Shown piece after piece: positions 47,739 to 58,043 of a stretch of 64,000 nt of DNA (position 1 is its first letter; the number at the start of each line of letters is the position of its first letter). This DNA is from Spirochaetia bacterium (GTDB lineage Bacteria; Spirochaetota; Spirochaetia; DSM-27196; Salinispiraceae), in assembly GCA_038204425.1 (NCBI GenBank), contig JBBRCZ010000001.1, forward strand, positions 128,001-192,000. The letters are read 5' to 3'. Under the pieces are notes generated by a model. The model saw only the letters and a list, made by a program, of their open reading frames with translations, did no database searches and was not told the DNA's origin. Both the position numbers and the translations under genes were made by a program.

Positions 47739-48704
47739 GTGAACAACGCGCAAAAAGTCGTTTTTGACAACAACCATATACTGCAAGAAATCTGTGGTAC
47801 AGTTGATGGCAATCTCAAGTATTTGGAAACGCTCTTTGACTCGCGCATTTTTGTAAGAGGCAATGAATTGATTATAGAAAGTCAGGACATCGGGTTTCAG
47901 GCTAGATTTGCCCGTCTTATTGCTGAACTGCACCGATTTGCTGACGAGCGAATTACAATAACGGAAAGCCTTATTAATTCTTGCTTTCAAGCCATCAGCA
48001 CCAATAATCAATCCTTAGATCTGCTAAGAGAAAACATGGTTTCTATACCGCAGGGGTTCAAGAAGGTATACCCGAGAAATATCAATCAAGCCAGTTTTCT
48101 TGCTGGCATTAGGAGTCACGACCTTTCTTTTGGGGTAGGCCCTGCAGGAACCGGCAAAACCTTCTTAGCGATAGCACATGCTCTTTCTGAAATTCTCTCC
48201 CACAAAAAAAAGAAACTTCTCTTGACTAGACCGGTAGTGGAAGCCGGTGAGAACTTGGGTTTTTTGCCAGGCGATCTAAACCAGAAGCTGAATCCTTACA
48301 TTAAGCCGCTATATGATGCTATGGAGAGTATGATTTCTGGTGATTTAATCGCAAAACTCGAAGAAAATAATGTTATTGAGATAGCACCACTTGCCTATAT
48401 GCGCGGTCGAAGCCTTGTCAATAGTTACATTATTTTAGACGAGGCTCAAAATACAACGCTTGAACAAATGAAAATGTTTTTAACAAGGATTGGTGAAGGT
48501 TCAAAAGTTGTCGTAACTGGCGATATAACCCAGATTGACCTTGGAAGAGGAAAAGTATCAGGTTTAGTAGACGCGCTGAGGGTATTGGAGGGCGTCAAAG
48601 GCGTCTATGTTAGTCAGTTCAATACTAGTGATGTCGTCAGATCCAATTTGGTGCAACGCATAATCGGAGCCTACGAGACTGATGCAAAAAAGGAATATCA
48701 ATGA
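47739..48704 (+). CDS. phoH: PhoH-like ATPase (YbeZ type)
   Basis: GPAGTGKT, TRPVVEAGENLGFLPGD, APLAYMRGR, DEAQN, TGD.TQIDL. Confidence 0.95.
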   Translation: MNNAQKVVFDNNHILQEICGTVDGNLKYLETLFDSRIFVRGNELIIESQDIGFQARFARLIAELHRFADERITITESLINSCFQAISTNNQSLDLLRENMVSIPQGFKKVYPRNINQASFLAGIRSHDLSFGVGPAGTGKTFLAIAHALSEILSHKKKKLLLTRPVVEAGENLGFLPGDLNQKLNPYIKPLYDAMESMISGDLIAKLEENNVIEIAPLAYMRGRSLVNSYIILDEAQNTTLEQMKMFLTRIGEGSKVVVTGDITQIDLGRGKVSGLVDALRVLEGVKGVYVSQFNTSDVVRSNLVQRIIGAYETDAKKEYQ

Positions 48705-49162
48705 ATACTGTCTTGATTGATGCAATCGGCATCCAAGAACCAAGCTGGATCTCGGATCTCGAGGTTTTTGTAGACACGGTTCTTCATGCCCTTAAACGCA
48801 GCGAATGGGAGATTTCTATTCTGTTGTGTGACGATCAGCATATAGCTGCTATGAATAAGGACTACCGAAATGTGGAAGGTCCAACAGATGTTCTTTCGTT
48901 TGCTCAAATTGAATCTGCTGATGAAATTCCAGTTTCCGGGCCCTTTCTTGCTGGAGACATTGTGATTTCTCTATCCTATGTACAGGAAAACGCCAATACT
49001 TATACAATAGACTTTGATGAAGAGTTTAAACGCGTCATTATTCATGGCATTCTTCACTTGTCTGGTATGGATCACGAGAGCAACAGCGCTCAAGAGCCAA
49101 TGTTGATTCTTCAGGAAGAATTGCTAAAGGCTCACAATGGAAGGATTGTTTTTTGTCTATGA
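48701..49162 (+). CDS. ybeY: rRNA maturation factor YbeY
   Basis: N..YR....PTDVLSF, GDIVIS, HGILHL.G.DH. Confidence 0.96.
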   Translation: MNTVLIDAIGIQEPSWISDLEVFVDTVLHALKRSEWEISILLCDDQHIAAMNKDYRNVEGPTDVLSFAQIESADEIPVSGPFLAGDIVISLSYVQENANTYTIDFDEEFKRVIIHGILHLSGMDHESNSAQEPMLILQEELLKAHNGRIVFCL

Positions 49163-49947
49163 AAAAGTTCTGGCACCATCTTGCTTCCTATTTTTCGAGG
49201 CTCCCGTCTCATGGTGGGGAGGTACATCGTCTTGAAAAAGAAGAAATGATTGAAGGTATAGAAGACCTGTCCAGAACTACGGTTAAGGAAATTATGGTAC
49301 CTCGGATAGATGTTATTAGTTTGTCGCTCGATATGAAGCGTGACGAGGCACTTGATTTAGTCACCAAAGAAAGTCATTCGCGTTACCCAGTTTATAAAGA
49401 TACAATTGATAATGTGGCTGGCATTCTCTACAGCAAGGATTTACTTAGATATAACCACAATAACCCCGGGTCGTTTAGTTTAAGCGAGTTGATACGCAAA
49501 CCATACTTTGTTCCAGAAAGTGTCCGGCTCGATTCTCTATTGAGAGAAATGAAGAAACGAAAGGTACATATAGCAGTTGTAGTAGATGAGTATGGTGGCG
49601 TGAGTGGTATTGTTTGTATGGAGGATATCCTTGAAGAAATTATTGGAGACATTCAGGACGAATTTGACAACGAACGAGACGACATACTGAAGTTGTCTGA
49701 TCAGGTTTATCTGTGCGAAGGCCGAGCATCAATTGAAGATATTAACGATGCGCTGGAAATTGAAATTCCTAGTGAAGATTTTGATACCTTGGGCGGGTTT
49801 GTGTTCGATCTTTTTGGTCGAATTCCTGTGAGGTATGAAAAGGTACAATGGGCCAGCTTTGATCTAATAATTCAAGAAATGGATGGCCACAAAATAAAGT
49901 CCGTCAAAATCATAAAGAGTGGTAATAAGGATGAAAGTGAAAAGTAG
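49159..49947 (+). CDS. CBS-pair/CorC_HlyC protein (CorC/TlyC-like, no TM domain)
   Basis: EIMVPR, HSRYPVY, FVPE, VVDEYGG..GIV..EDILEEIIGDI.DEFD, DTLGG; ATGA overlap with ybeY. Confidence 0.9.
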   Translation: MKKFWHHLASYFSRLPSHGGEVHRLEKEEMIEGIEDLSRTTVKEIMVPRIDVISLSLDMKRDEALDLVTKESHSRYPVYKDTIDNVAGILYSKDLLRYNHNNPGSFSLSELIRKPYFVPESVRLDSLLREMKKRKVHIAVVVDEYGGVSGIVCMEDILEEIIGDIQDEFDNERDDILKLSDQVYLCEGRASIEDINDALEIEIPSEDFDTLGGFVFDLFGRIPVRYEKVQWASFDLIIQEMDGHKIKSVKIIKSGNKDESEK

Positions 49948-51937
49948 TAAGGTTCTTTTTCTTACCGGTCTATTTTTTTTAAGTACGTTTCCGCTATCCG
50001 CCCAAAGTGCGCGGGATTACTACCAAAAAGGCAGAGACGCAATGGAGCGAGAACAGCCGTTTGAGGCCGTTGAATCCTTCAAGGAAGCGCTCAGGCTCAA
50101 TCCGCGCTATTTGGAACCTCACATTGGTCTAGCCAAAGTCTACTATTACTTAGACGAGTACGATGAGGCTCTACGTTATGTTGCTTTGGCGGGAAAAATC
50201 GGCGGTGATAGCTCGGCCTTGCTCAACATTAATGGCAGAATTTTGCTGGCACTGGGTAAACCTCAGGACGCCTCGCGATTGTTTAAACTAGTGCTTCAGA
50301 AAGAACCCTACAACATCGAGGCAATTAGCGGTTTGGCGGAGTTTTCACTTTCGCAAGGCGACCGGCTTAGCGCCTTACAGCAATTTCAAAAGTCACTCCA
50401 GTATGACGCCAATGATAGAAGAATACTCTTAGCATTGGCACTCATGTATGAAGAAAAAGGTGATCGCCAACGAGCGGAGGTTTACTTGCTCAAAGCAATA
50501 GACACGTACTCGGAACACCCTCTGGTTCAAGCTTTGGCTGCCTCACTATACCTCGAGCGCGGTGATTTTGCTCAGGCCGAATTTCATGCTAAGACAGCTC
50601 TTAGTATTCAACCAAACTATCGTGATGCTTTGCGTTTGCTTGGAACCATTAATCTTAGAACCGCGCGTTTTAGTCAGACCATTGCAATTATGGACCAATT
50701 GATTGATTTGGAACCCAAAAACAGGGCAGCATGGTACCTTCGTGGAATGGCTAGCATCAAACTTAAGAAAACGGAAGATGGTATTAGTGCCTTTGAGCGC
50801 GTTCTTGGCATTGCACCCAACGATGAGATAAGTAGAATCGTCTTGGAAGATACGGTAATCCAAGAGCTCAAGCCAGAAGATCAACGCAGATCACGTTATG
50901 CAGCTTATCATTTTGATCAGGCGCTACAGTTTCAAAAAAAGAACCTCAATGATCGCGCAGCATATCACTTTCGCCGAGGACTATTTATTGCACCTCTTGA
51001 TACACGAGGTAGGCAAAACTATGCAGCTTACCTAAAAGCAAGCGGGCAACGAGCCGGTTTTCTAAAACAGCTCGATGACTTAAAGCGCCTAGGTGTAAAT
51101 AATTCATTTGTTAACGATAACTTGGAGATCTACAAAAGTTTGCTTACTGAGAGTGTTTCCAATACCTGGGCAATTGATCAGTTTGTAGTTGATCGAGACC
51201 CCTTATTGGTGAGAGTTTTCTATCTACCCAATGCGCAAAAGTTAGATCATCCTCTAGCAGAGGAGTATCTTGCCAACTTTTTTCAGACTATGCTTGGTAT
51301 GAGCAGCAAGGTTTCGTTTTCTAAAGACAGAGATGCAAACGCACATCAAACTATGCTACCTCGTTCTATCAACCGCGAGTCTGATGCATTCTCGATAGCT
51401 CGTTCAGAGGGTGCAGATTTCTATGTGATAATTAATAGTACTGAGTCGGGGGACAATTTCCAACTATCGGCCCCGCTATACTTAGCCCGAACAGGAAACC
51501 AGCTCAACAACCATGGATCATTTAGAACAGGAAATTTTAGACTTCAAAACGCCATTGCGCAAGTTGCGCAGTCTATTTCATCAGCGTTGCCCTTGCGCGG
51601 ACGTTTGATAAAAAGAAGTTCCAATGATGGTGTTGTCAATCTTGGCGTTTTGGATGGCCTTAAAATTGGAGACTCTTTGCATGTCATTAGACCCGATGCT
51701 TACGTACTAAAAGGGGACGCTCCAGGCTTTATTTTCAATCAAGAACACAAGACTGCTAGCTTTAAAGTTGCACGAGTAGATGACTATATAGCCTCCGGTA
51801 CTCTTGTTAGAGAAGGATTCTTCGATAAGATTAACATTGGCGATGTTATACTCAAAGAAGGAGAGAGTGCCGGCAAACTGGAGCAAGCCAGCGCAAATTT
51901 TCCTATTCTGTATAACAAGATACGCTCGATTCGTTAA
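49931..51937 (+). CDS. Exported tetratricopeptide-repeat protein
   Basis: Signal peptide ending LSAQ; about 8 TPR units (AL.LNP, AL.IQP, L..EP, L.IAP) and a C-terminal alpha/beta domain. Confidence 0.85.
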   Translation: MKVKSSKVLFLTGLFFLSTFPLSAQSARDYYQKGRDAMEREQPFEAVESFKEALRLNPRYLEPHIGLAKVYYYLDEYDEALRYVALAGKIGGDSSALLNINGRILLALGKPQDASRLFKLVLQKEPYNIEAISGLAEFSLSQGDRLSALQQFQKSLQYDANDRRILLALALMYEEKGDRQRAEVYLLKAIDTYSEHPLVQALAASLYLERGDFAQAEFHAKTALSIQPNYRDALRLLGTINLRTARFSQTIAIMDQLIDLEPKNRAAWYLRGMASIKLKKTEDGISAFERVLGIAPNDEISRIVLEDTVIQELKPEDQRRSRYAAYHFDQALQFQKKNLNDRAAYHFRRGLFIAPLDTRGRQNYAAYLKASGQRAGFLKQLDDLKRLGVNNSFVNDNLEIYKSLLTESVSNTWAIDQFVVDRDPLLVRVFYLPNAQKLDHPLAEEYLANFFQTMLGMSSKVSFSKDRDANAHQTMLPRSINRESDAFSIARSEGADFYVIINSTESGDNFQLSAPLYLARTGNQLNNHGSFRTGNFRLQNAIAQVAQSISSALPLRGRLIKRSSNDGVVNLGVLDGLKIGDSLHVIRPDAYVLKGDAPGFIFNQEHKTASFKVARVDDYIASGTLVREGFFDKINIGDVILKEGESAGKLEQASANFPILYNKIRSIR

Positions 51938-51979
51938 AAACAACCGTCACCAATCTTCTCTTGCTATCTGTTTGTGCAG

Positions 51980-52007
51980 TTGACAGACGGAATGGATTTT
52001 CATACAA
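51980..52007 (+). promoter_or_regulatory. Sigma70 promoter of gap-pgk-tpiA
   Basis: TTGACA (51980-85), 16 nt, TACAAT (52002-07); GGAGG SD downstream. Confidence 0.65.
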
Positions 52008-52021
52008 TCAGATGAAAATAA

Positions 52022-53047
<1,026 letters not shown>

Positions 53048-53067
53048 AACCGTTTCTGGCAACTATC

Positions 53068-53091
53068 GGCCTCCGTAAGGGGGCCTTTTTT
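53068..53091 (+). terminator. Internal terminator-like hairpin between gap and pgk
   Basis: GGCCTCC-GTAA-GGGGGCC followed by 6 T. Confidence 0.75.
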
Positions 53092-53114
53092 CTATTTTCT
53101 TTTGGAGGCGATTC

Positions 53115-54377
53115 GTGATAAAAACGATCAAAGACATAGATGTAAAAGGTAAGCAAATAGTCATGAGGGTCGATTTTAACGTCCCTATGAAAGACGGAAA
53201 AGTTCAAGACGATACGCGAATCCTGGCTGCTATTCCTTCGATTGAGTACTTGCTGGAACATGGCGCAAAATCCATCGTTTTGATGAGTCACCTTGGTGAC
53301 CCAAAGAAAGACAGTAAAAAAGCCAAAGAGAAGGCCGAAAAAGACGGAAAAGCTTTTGATGAAGCTAAGTACATTGTCGGAAAGCATCGCATCCAGCCCG
53401 TCGCGGCTTACTTGGCAGAAAAGCTTGGCAAACCTGTCATATTTGCTGGTGAAGATGGTTGTTTTGGCAAAAGTGACTTTATTAAAAGCCAGCCAGACGG
53501 TTCTATTATCATGCTCGAAAACACACGGTTTCACAAAGAAGAGAGTTCTGAAGATTCGGTGGAACGAGATAAGCTTGCAATTGAACTAGCAAAGTATGGT
53601 GAAATCTTTGTGAATGATGCGTTTGGAACAGCTCATCGTGATCATGCTTCTACCGCCTCAATCGCTAAATTTTTAAATACAAGTGTAGCTGGTTTTCTGA
53701 TGGAGAAAGAAGTTGCCTATCTTGAACCGATTGTAAAAAATCCAAGCAAACCTTTGGTGGCTATTGTTGGTGGTGCCAAAGTCAGCTCCAAGATCGCTGT
53801 GTTGGAAAGTTTGTTAAGGAATTCGGCTGCTTTGATAATTGGTGGCGGCATGGCCTATACCTTTCTTAAGGCCCAGGGGCACAAGGTTGGCAAGTCTTTG
53901 GTAGAAGATGATCAGATTGAGACTGCAAATACTATCATTGCTGCCGCCAAAAAGGCCGGTGTTGAACTGGTGCTTCCACTAGATCATCTAGCCTCGGAGA
54001 CTTTTGATGCTAGTGCTCCTGCTCATCAAATTGACGGTTTAGATATTGCCGACAATCTCATGGGAATGGATGTTGGACCAAAGACGCTTGCAAGGTATCG
54101 CGAAGTTCTTCTTGGCGCCAAAACTATAGTTTGGAACGGCCCAGTAGGTGTTTTTGAGTTTGAGAATTTTTCTCATGGTACTGCCGAGCTTGCTAAGCTA
54201 GTGGCAGAAGCGACCTCAAGAGGTGCTATTACTGTAGTAGGTGGCGGTGACTCAGTAGCGGCTGTCAACCAGTTTGGACTTGCGTCAAAAATGAGCCATG
54301 TTTCGACTGGAGGCGGTGCTTCGTTGGAGCTTCTCGAAGGAAAAAAACTACCGGGCATCGAAGTGTGTCGGTCATAA
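53115..54377 (+). CDS. pgk: Phosphoglycerate kinase
   Basis: RVDFNVP, LENTRF, NDAFGTAHR, GGAKVSSK, WNGPVGVFE, HVSTGGGASLE; charged insertion after SHLGD. Confidence 0.98.
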   Translation: MIKTIKDIDVKGKQIVMRVDFNVPMKDGKVQDDTRILAAIPSIEYLLEHGAKSIVLMSHLGDPKKDSKKAKEKAEKDGKAFDEAKYIVGKHRIQPVAAYLAEKLGKPVIFAGEDGCFGKSDFIKSQPDGSIIMLENTRFHKEESSEDSVERDKLAIELAKYGEIFVNDAFGTAHRDHASTASIAKFLNTSVAGFLMEKEVAYLEPIVKNPSKPLVAIVGGAKVSSKIAVLESLLRNSAALIIGGGMAYTFLKAQGHKVGKSLVEDDQIETANTIIAAAKKAGVELVLPLDHLASETFDASAPAHQIDGLDIADNLMGMDVGPKTLARYREVLLGAKTIVWNGPVGVFEFENFSHGTAELAKLVAEATSRGAITVVGGGDSVAAVNQFGLASKMSHVSTGGGASLELLEGKKLPGIEVCRS

Positions 54378-54458
54378 AAAAATACCTGAATACGTAAACG
54401 TAATTGAAAACAGTTGCGAACAGTTTCGCATAGATAGACACAAGACGGAGGTTTTTGG

Positions 54459-55211
54459 ATGCGGTCTTATTATATTGCCGGAAATTGGAAGATGAACAAA
54501 ACAGCAAGTGAGGCCCAAGCTTTTGTGGCTGAACTTGTTCCCTTGCTTTCCAAATCAAGTGCCAAAGTGATGGTTGCGCCCTCTTTTGTTGCACTCAGTG
54601 CAGTTGCAAGCGCAGTAAAAGGAACGAAAATAGTTCTTGGAAGTCAGAACATGTCCTCAGAAGAAAGCGGAGCGCACACTGGTGAAATAAGTCCTGCCAT
54701 GCTTAAGGATGTTGGTGTTTCTGTAGTAATTCTTGGTCATTCGGAGCGAAGAGCTTTGTATCACGAAACTGACGACGAGGTTAACAAAAAAGTTCACTTA
54801 GCTCTTAAACATGGTTTTGATATTATTCTATGTGTCGGAGAAACGCTCCCAGAACGAGAAACTGGAAATGCCGAAAAAGTAACCTTAGGACAACTTTCAG
54901 CGGGCCTAAAAGGACTTACTGCCGAGCAGCTATCAAAAGTTGTTGTTGCTTATGAGCCTGTATGGGCCATTGGTACTGGAAAGACTGCAAGTCCCCAAGA
55001 TGCCGAGTCGATGCATTTGGCCATTAGAACTAAATTGGCGGGCCTGTATTCTAAGGAGCTTGCCGATAAAGTCTTGATCCAGTATGGTGGCTCGGTAAAA
55101 CCCGACAATGTAAAGGAACTTATGGCTATGCCAAACATCGATGGTGCCTTGGTCGGTGGGGCGTCACTCAAAGTACAGGACTTTACAGCGATCGTTAATT
55201 TTGATAAATAG
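54459..55211 (+). CDS. tpiA: Triosephosphate isomerase
   Basis: AGNWKMNK, GHSERR, AYEPVWAIGTG, YGGSV, DGALVGGASL. Confidence 0.98.
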   Translation: MRSYYIAGNWKMNKTASEAQAFVAELVPLLSKSSAKVMVAPSFVALSAVASAVKGTKIVLGSQNMSSEESGAHTGEISPAMLKDVGVSVVILGHSERRALYHETDDEVNKKVHLALKHGFDIILCVGETLPERETGNAEKVTLGQLSAGLKGLTAEQLSKVVVAYEPVWAIGTGKTASPQDAESMHLAIRTKLAGLYSKELADKVLIQYGGSVKPDNVKELMAMPNIDGALVGGASLKVQDFTAIVNFDK

Positions 55212-55226
55212 ATAGGTCCCGCTTCT

Positions 55227-55266
55227 GTCCGGTGGATCATAATGGTCCTCCGGACGATTTTTTTTT
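55227..55266 (+). terminator. Rho-independent terminator after tpiA
   Basis: GTCCGGtGGATCA/TGGTCCtCCGGAC stem followed by 9 T. Confidence 0.75.
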
Positions 55267-55280
55267 AGGCAGGTTGGATT

Positions 55281-55619
55281 ATGAGTATTCTTAGCGTTCT
55301 GTTGCTTTCTGTGTTTGGTCTTACTTCGGTATTACTTATCTTGTTGGTTTTGGTGCAAGACGACCAAGGAGAGGGTATAGGTGGTCTTTTTGGTGGTGGC
55401 GGTGGAAGCCAAATTGGCAATAGGAAGGGTAACATTCTCACCAAAGCGACTTCAATCTTGGGGTTTCTTTTCTTGAGTCTCGCCATGGGTATTGCCTTTT
55501 CGGGCAGGGACGTAAAAGCAAATGAAATTGAAGAAGGACTTCTTGGCGCTCGGGCTAACCCTGCAATTTATGATTGGACAGTAAATCAAGTAAGCACCTC
55601 GACGAGCACCACGCTCTAG
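55281..55619 (+). CDS. secG: Preprotein translocase subunit SecG
   Basis: TM-LVLVQ...G.GIGGLFGGG...G......LTKAT-TM; follows tpiA. Confidence 0.93.
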   Translation: MSILSVLLLSVFGLTSVLLILLVLVQDDQGEGIGGLFGGGGGSQIGNRKGNILTKATSILGFLFLSLAMGIAFSGRDVKANEIEEGLLGARANPAIYDWTVNQVSTSTSTTL

Positions 55620-55700
55620 AATATGACCGAGTTCGCAGAAAGTAAATGTTTGGACTTGGAACAAAACTTTGTGCTGTTTTGTTAAGCGAGTGGTGCAATT

Positions 55701-56504
55701 TTGACCAAAGCGCTTGACTACTATAAATTGCTGGGTGTATCGCCGGGTGCTAGTGTTGCTGAGATTAAGAAAGCGTATCGCCGCGAAGTAAAGAAACTGC
55801 ATCCTGACCTGAATCCGGCTTTGGGTCAGCTTGCGCAAAACAAGATTAGTGCCCTTGTTAATGCGTATGAGATCCTTGTTAATCCTGTTACACGTGCAGA
55901 TTTTGATCTCGTGTATCGGCGCTATTCACATGTCGAACAAAAATTCGACTATAGGGTTTTTCTGCGGTCGTTAGGGACAAAAGAAGGCTTTGTAACGCTC
56001 ATTTTTCATGATCTCCTCCACGGGAACGAAGATGATGCGGTGGATTGTTACTTGGCGCTTAAGAATCAAGTTGGCTTTAGGTTACAGAACTATTTGGACC
56101 GAGAAGATTTTATGGACTGTGGCTTTATACTTGCGGAGGAGCTGGAGCTAAGAGCTTATCTACCCGAAGCTTTCCAGCTTTATTATCTTATAGCAAAGGA
56201 AGAGATTCTAAAGCCATATTTCAAGTTTTTTTTTGAAGAAGTGATCGACCACCTTCGCATTCTTGTTCACAACCAAGCTATGCTAAAGTTTCCTGACTTA
56301 AGTTTGATTGTTCATTTGGAAAGACTTATTCAGTTAAATCTTGACAATAGAAATACTGCTTGGTTTATGAAGAATTTGGCCGAAGTTTACTTTAAACGCA
56401 ACCAAGTCGACAAAGCCCTGTTTTATATAAATGAGTGCCTTCGATTAGATGTAAAAGTAACAGGGATCAAAGAGTTACGAAAAAAAATGAAGTTATCGAA
56501 CTAA
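55701..56504 (+). CDS. J-domain protein with C-terminal helical/TPR-like region
   Basis: DYYKLLGV...AS..EIKKAYR...KKLHPD, AYEIL..P..R..FD; start codon uncertain (TTG). Confidence 0.85.
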   Translation: MTKALDYYKLLGVSPGASVAEIKKAYRREVKKLHPDLNPALGQLAQNKISALVNAYEILVNPVTRADFDLVYRRYSHVEQKFDYRVFLRSLGTKEGFVTLIFHDLLHGNEDDAVDCYLALKNQVGFRLQNYLDREDFMDCGFILAEELELRAYLPEAFQLYYLIAKEEILKPYFKFFFEEVIDHLRILVHNQAMLKFPDLSLIVHLERLIQLNLDNRNTAWFMKNLAEVYFKRNQVDKALFYINECLRLDVKVTGIKELRKKMKLSN

Positions 56505-56514
56505 GGAGTTCCAT

Positions 56515-57612
56515 GTGAAAATTAGGGTTGTTTTTTTACTGTCGGTTCTGTTTTTGATTGCAACCGGTATTTGGGCCCAGGGTAGTGGTTTGGGCAAAGC
56601 ACTGGCTGTTGTGACTCTCTATGAGACTGAGGAAATTAACAGTCGTCAGTTTCAGAAGCAGCTTGATAGATTGCAACAAAGAAATCAGTTACTCAAGACG
56701 CTTGAAAGCGTAGGTGCTGAGACTGGCAATAACCAAGCGCTTAGTCCGGACGCCCTTTTGGATGCGGAAATTGAGAGGATCTTGATTCGGCAAGCAGCCA
56801 AAAAAGCAGGTGTGGTCGTAGCTGATACTGAGGTTTCTAAGCTTATAGACGAACAGCGAAGTGCTTTGGGACCAAGTGCCAGTTTGGAGGCATTTGAAGC
56901 CTATATTAAACAACAGAGTTCTATGAGTTTGGATGAGTACCGACTTGTCCTTAGAGACGGGCTTTTGCAACGAAAAATGATAGCAAAGGAGTATCCACAA
57001 CTAGCAACAAACCAAGTGACGGTGAGCGAAGCTGATATTCTGGATCTATATGAACAACGTGCGGCGAGTTTTATTTCACCAAGAATAGTTCGCTATCGTT
57101 ATATTATTATTGATACCTCCAAAATGAATCCCGAACAGAAGAAACAAGCATTGACGAAGATGGATGGGTTCAAGAAGGAGATTCAAACTGGCAAGTCGGC
57201 CGCGTTTGAATCAATTATTAAAAGAGCGGTTTTGGACACCTCGTTTGCGGCAGGTGACATTGGTCGCTATATTGGCCGCAATACGCCCGTCTATCAGCAA
57301 TTGGAAAAAATATTTGGAAGTGCTTTTTGCAATACACTGTTTGCCCTAAATGAAGATGAAATCAGCGGAATCATAGAAAGCAATCTTGGTTATCAAATTG
57401 TTCAAGTAACCTACAAAAGAGCCATGTTTTTGGCCGGACTTGATGACCCAGTTGGACCAGAAGAAAAAGTTAAGGTTAGAGATGCAATACGAGAAGCATT
57501 GCTTAGTCAGCGACTTGCTTTGGCTCAGAAAAATGCAGGCACCGAGTTTATTGAGAAACTAAAAAAGATAGCTCGAATTGTTCGGTTTAAAGAAAACTAC
57601 ACCTGGAATTAA
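56515..57612 (+). CDS. SurA/PrsA-like periplasmic chaperone, parvulin PPIase
   Basis: Signal peptide; SurA N-domain pattern (I...LI.Q.A.K.G..V...EV); parvulin-like GDIG.Y...F...LF.L...EISG.IES..GYQIV. Confidence 0.8.
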   Translation: MKIRVVFLLSVLFLIATGIWAQGSGLGKALAVVTLYETEEINSRQFQKQLDRLQQRNQLLKTLESVGAETGNNQALSPDALLDAEIERILIRQAAKKAGVVVADTEVSKLIDEQRSALGPSASLEAFEAYIKQQSSMSLDEYRLVLRDGLLQRKMIAKEYPQLATNQVTVSEADILDLYEQRAASFISPRIVRYRYIIIDTSKMNPEQKKQALTKMDGFKKEIQTGKSAAFESIIKRAVLDTSFAAGDIGRYIGRNTPVYQQLEKIFGSAFCNTLFALNEDEISGIIESNLGYQIVQVTYKRAMFLAGLDDPVGPEEKVKVRDAIREALLSQRLALAQKNAGTEFIEKLKKIARIVRFKENYTWN

Positions 57613-57614
57613 AA

Positions 57615-58040
57615 GTGTTATCACGACGTAAATCTAGAATTCTTGCTATGCAAGCCATCTATGCTTGGGATGCTGCTGGTAAACAATCAGAATCCATCTT
57701 ATCAGACTTTTCTTGGTTCAATTCACCTTCTCCAGAAGAAGGTGAATTTGAACTACAACATGTATTTGCAAAGAATATTTTGTTTGGCACTGTAGAAACC
57801 GTTGATATTATTGATGCACTTTTGCAGCGCCACATAAAGAATTGGAACTTTGACCGTCTCAATAAAGTTGATTTATCAATTTTAAGAACTTCAGTTTATG
57901 CGCTACTGTATGTTAAGGATGTTCCGGCTAGCATTACTATCGATGAAGCTATCGATATCGCCAAAGAGTATAGCGATATAAACTCTTTTAAATTTGTAAA
58001 TGGGGTGCTCGATAGCATACGGAAAGAGATGGGAGTCTAG
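57615..58040 (+). CDS. nusB: Transcription antitermination factor NusB
   Basis: RRKSR..AMQAIY, NW.FDRL..VD..ILR, IDEAI.IAK.Y, FVNGVLD. Confidence 0.96.
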   Translation: MLSRRKSRILAMQAIYAWDAAGKQSESILSDFSWFNSPSPEEGEFELQHVFAKNILFGTVETVDIIDALLQRHIKNWNFDRLNKVDLSILRTSVYALLYVKDVPASITIDEAIDIAKEYSDINSFKFVNGVLDSIRKEMGV

Positions 58041-58043
58041 CCG

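Noticed and set aside
49159..49947. Hemolysin/virulence factor reading of the TlyC-like gene
   Set aside because: Only a CBS pair and CorC domain in the housekeeping phoH-ybeY-corC context; no toxin features.
54330..54470. Possible PGK-TIM fusion by frameshift or read-through (as in Thermotoga), suggested by A-runs near the pgk end and ORF 54298-54495
   Set aside because: pgk and tpiA are in the same frame with more than one stop between them (TAA AAA AAT ACC TGA); a single shift cannot join them, and tpiA has its own GGAGG SD.
55620..55700. tRNA gene often found after secG
   Set aside because: No cloverleaf, no T-arm GTTCRA in context and no acceptor stem in the 81-nt spacer.
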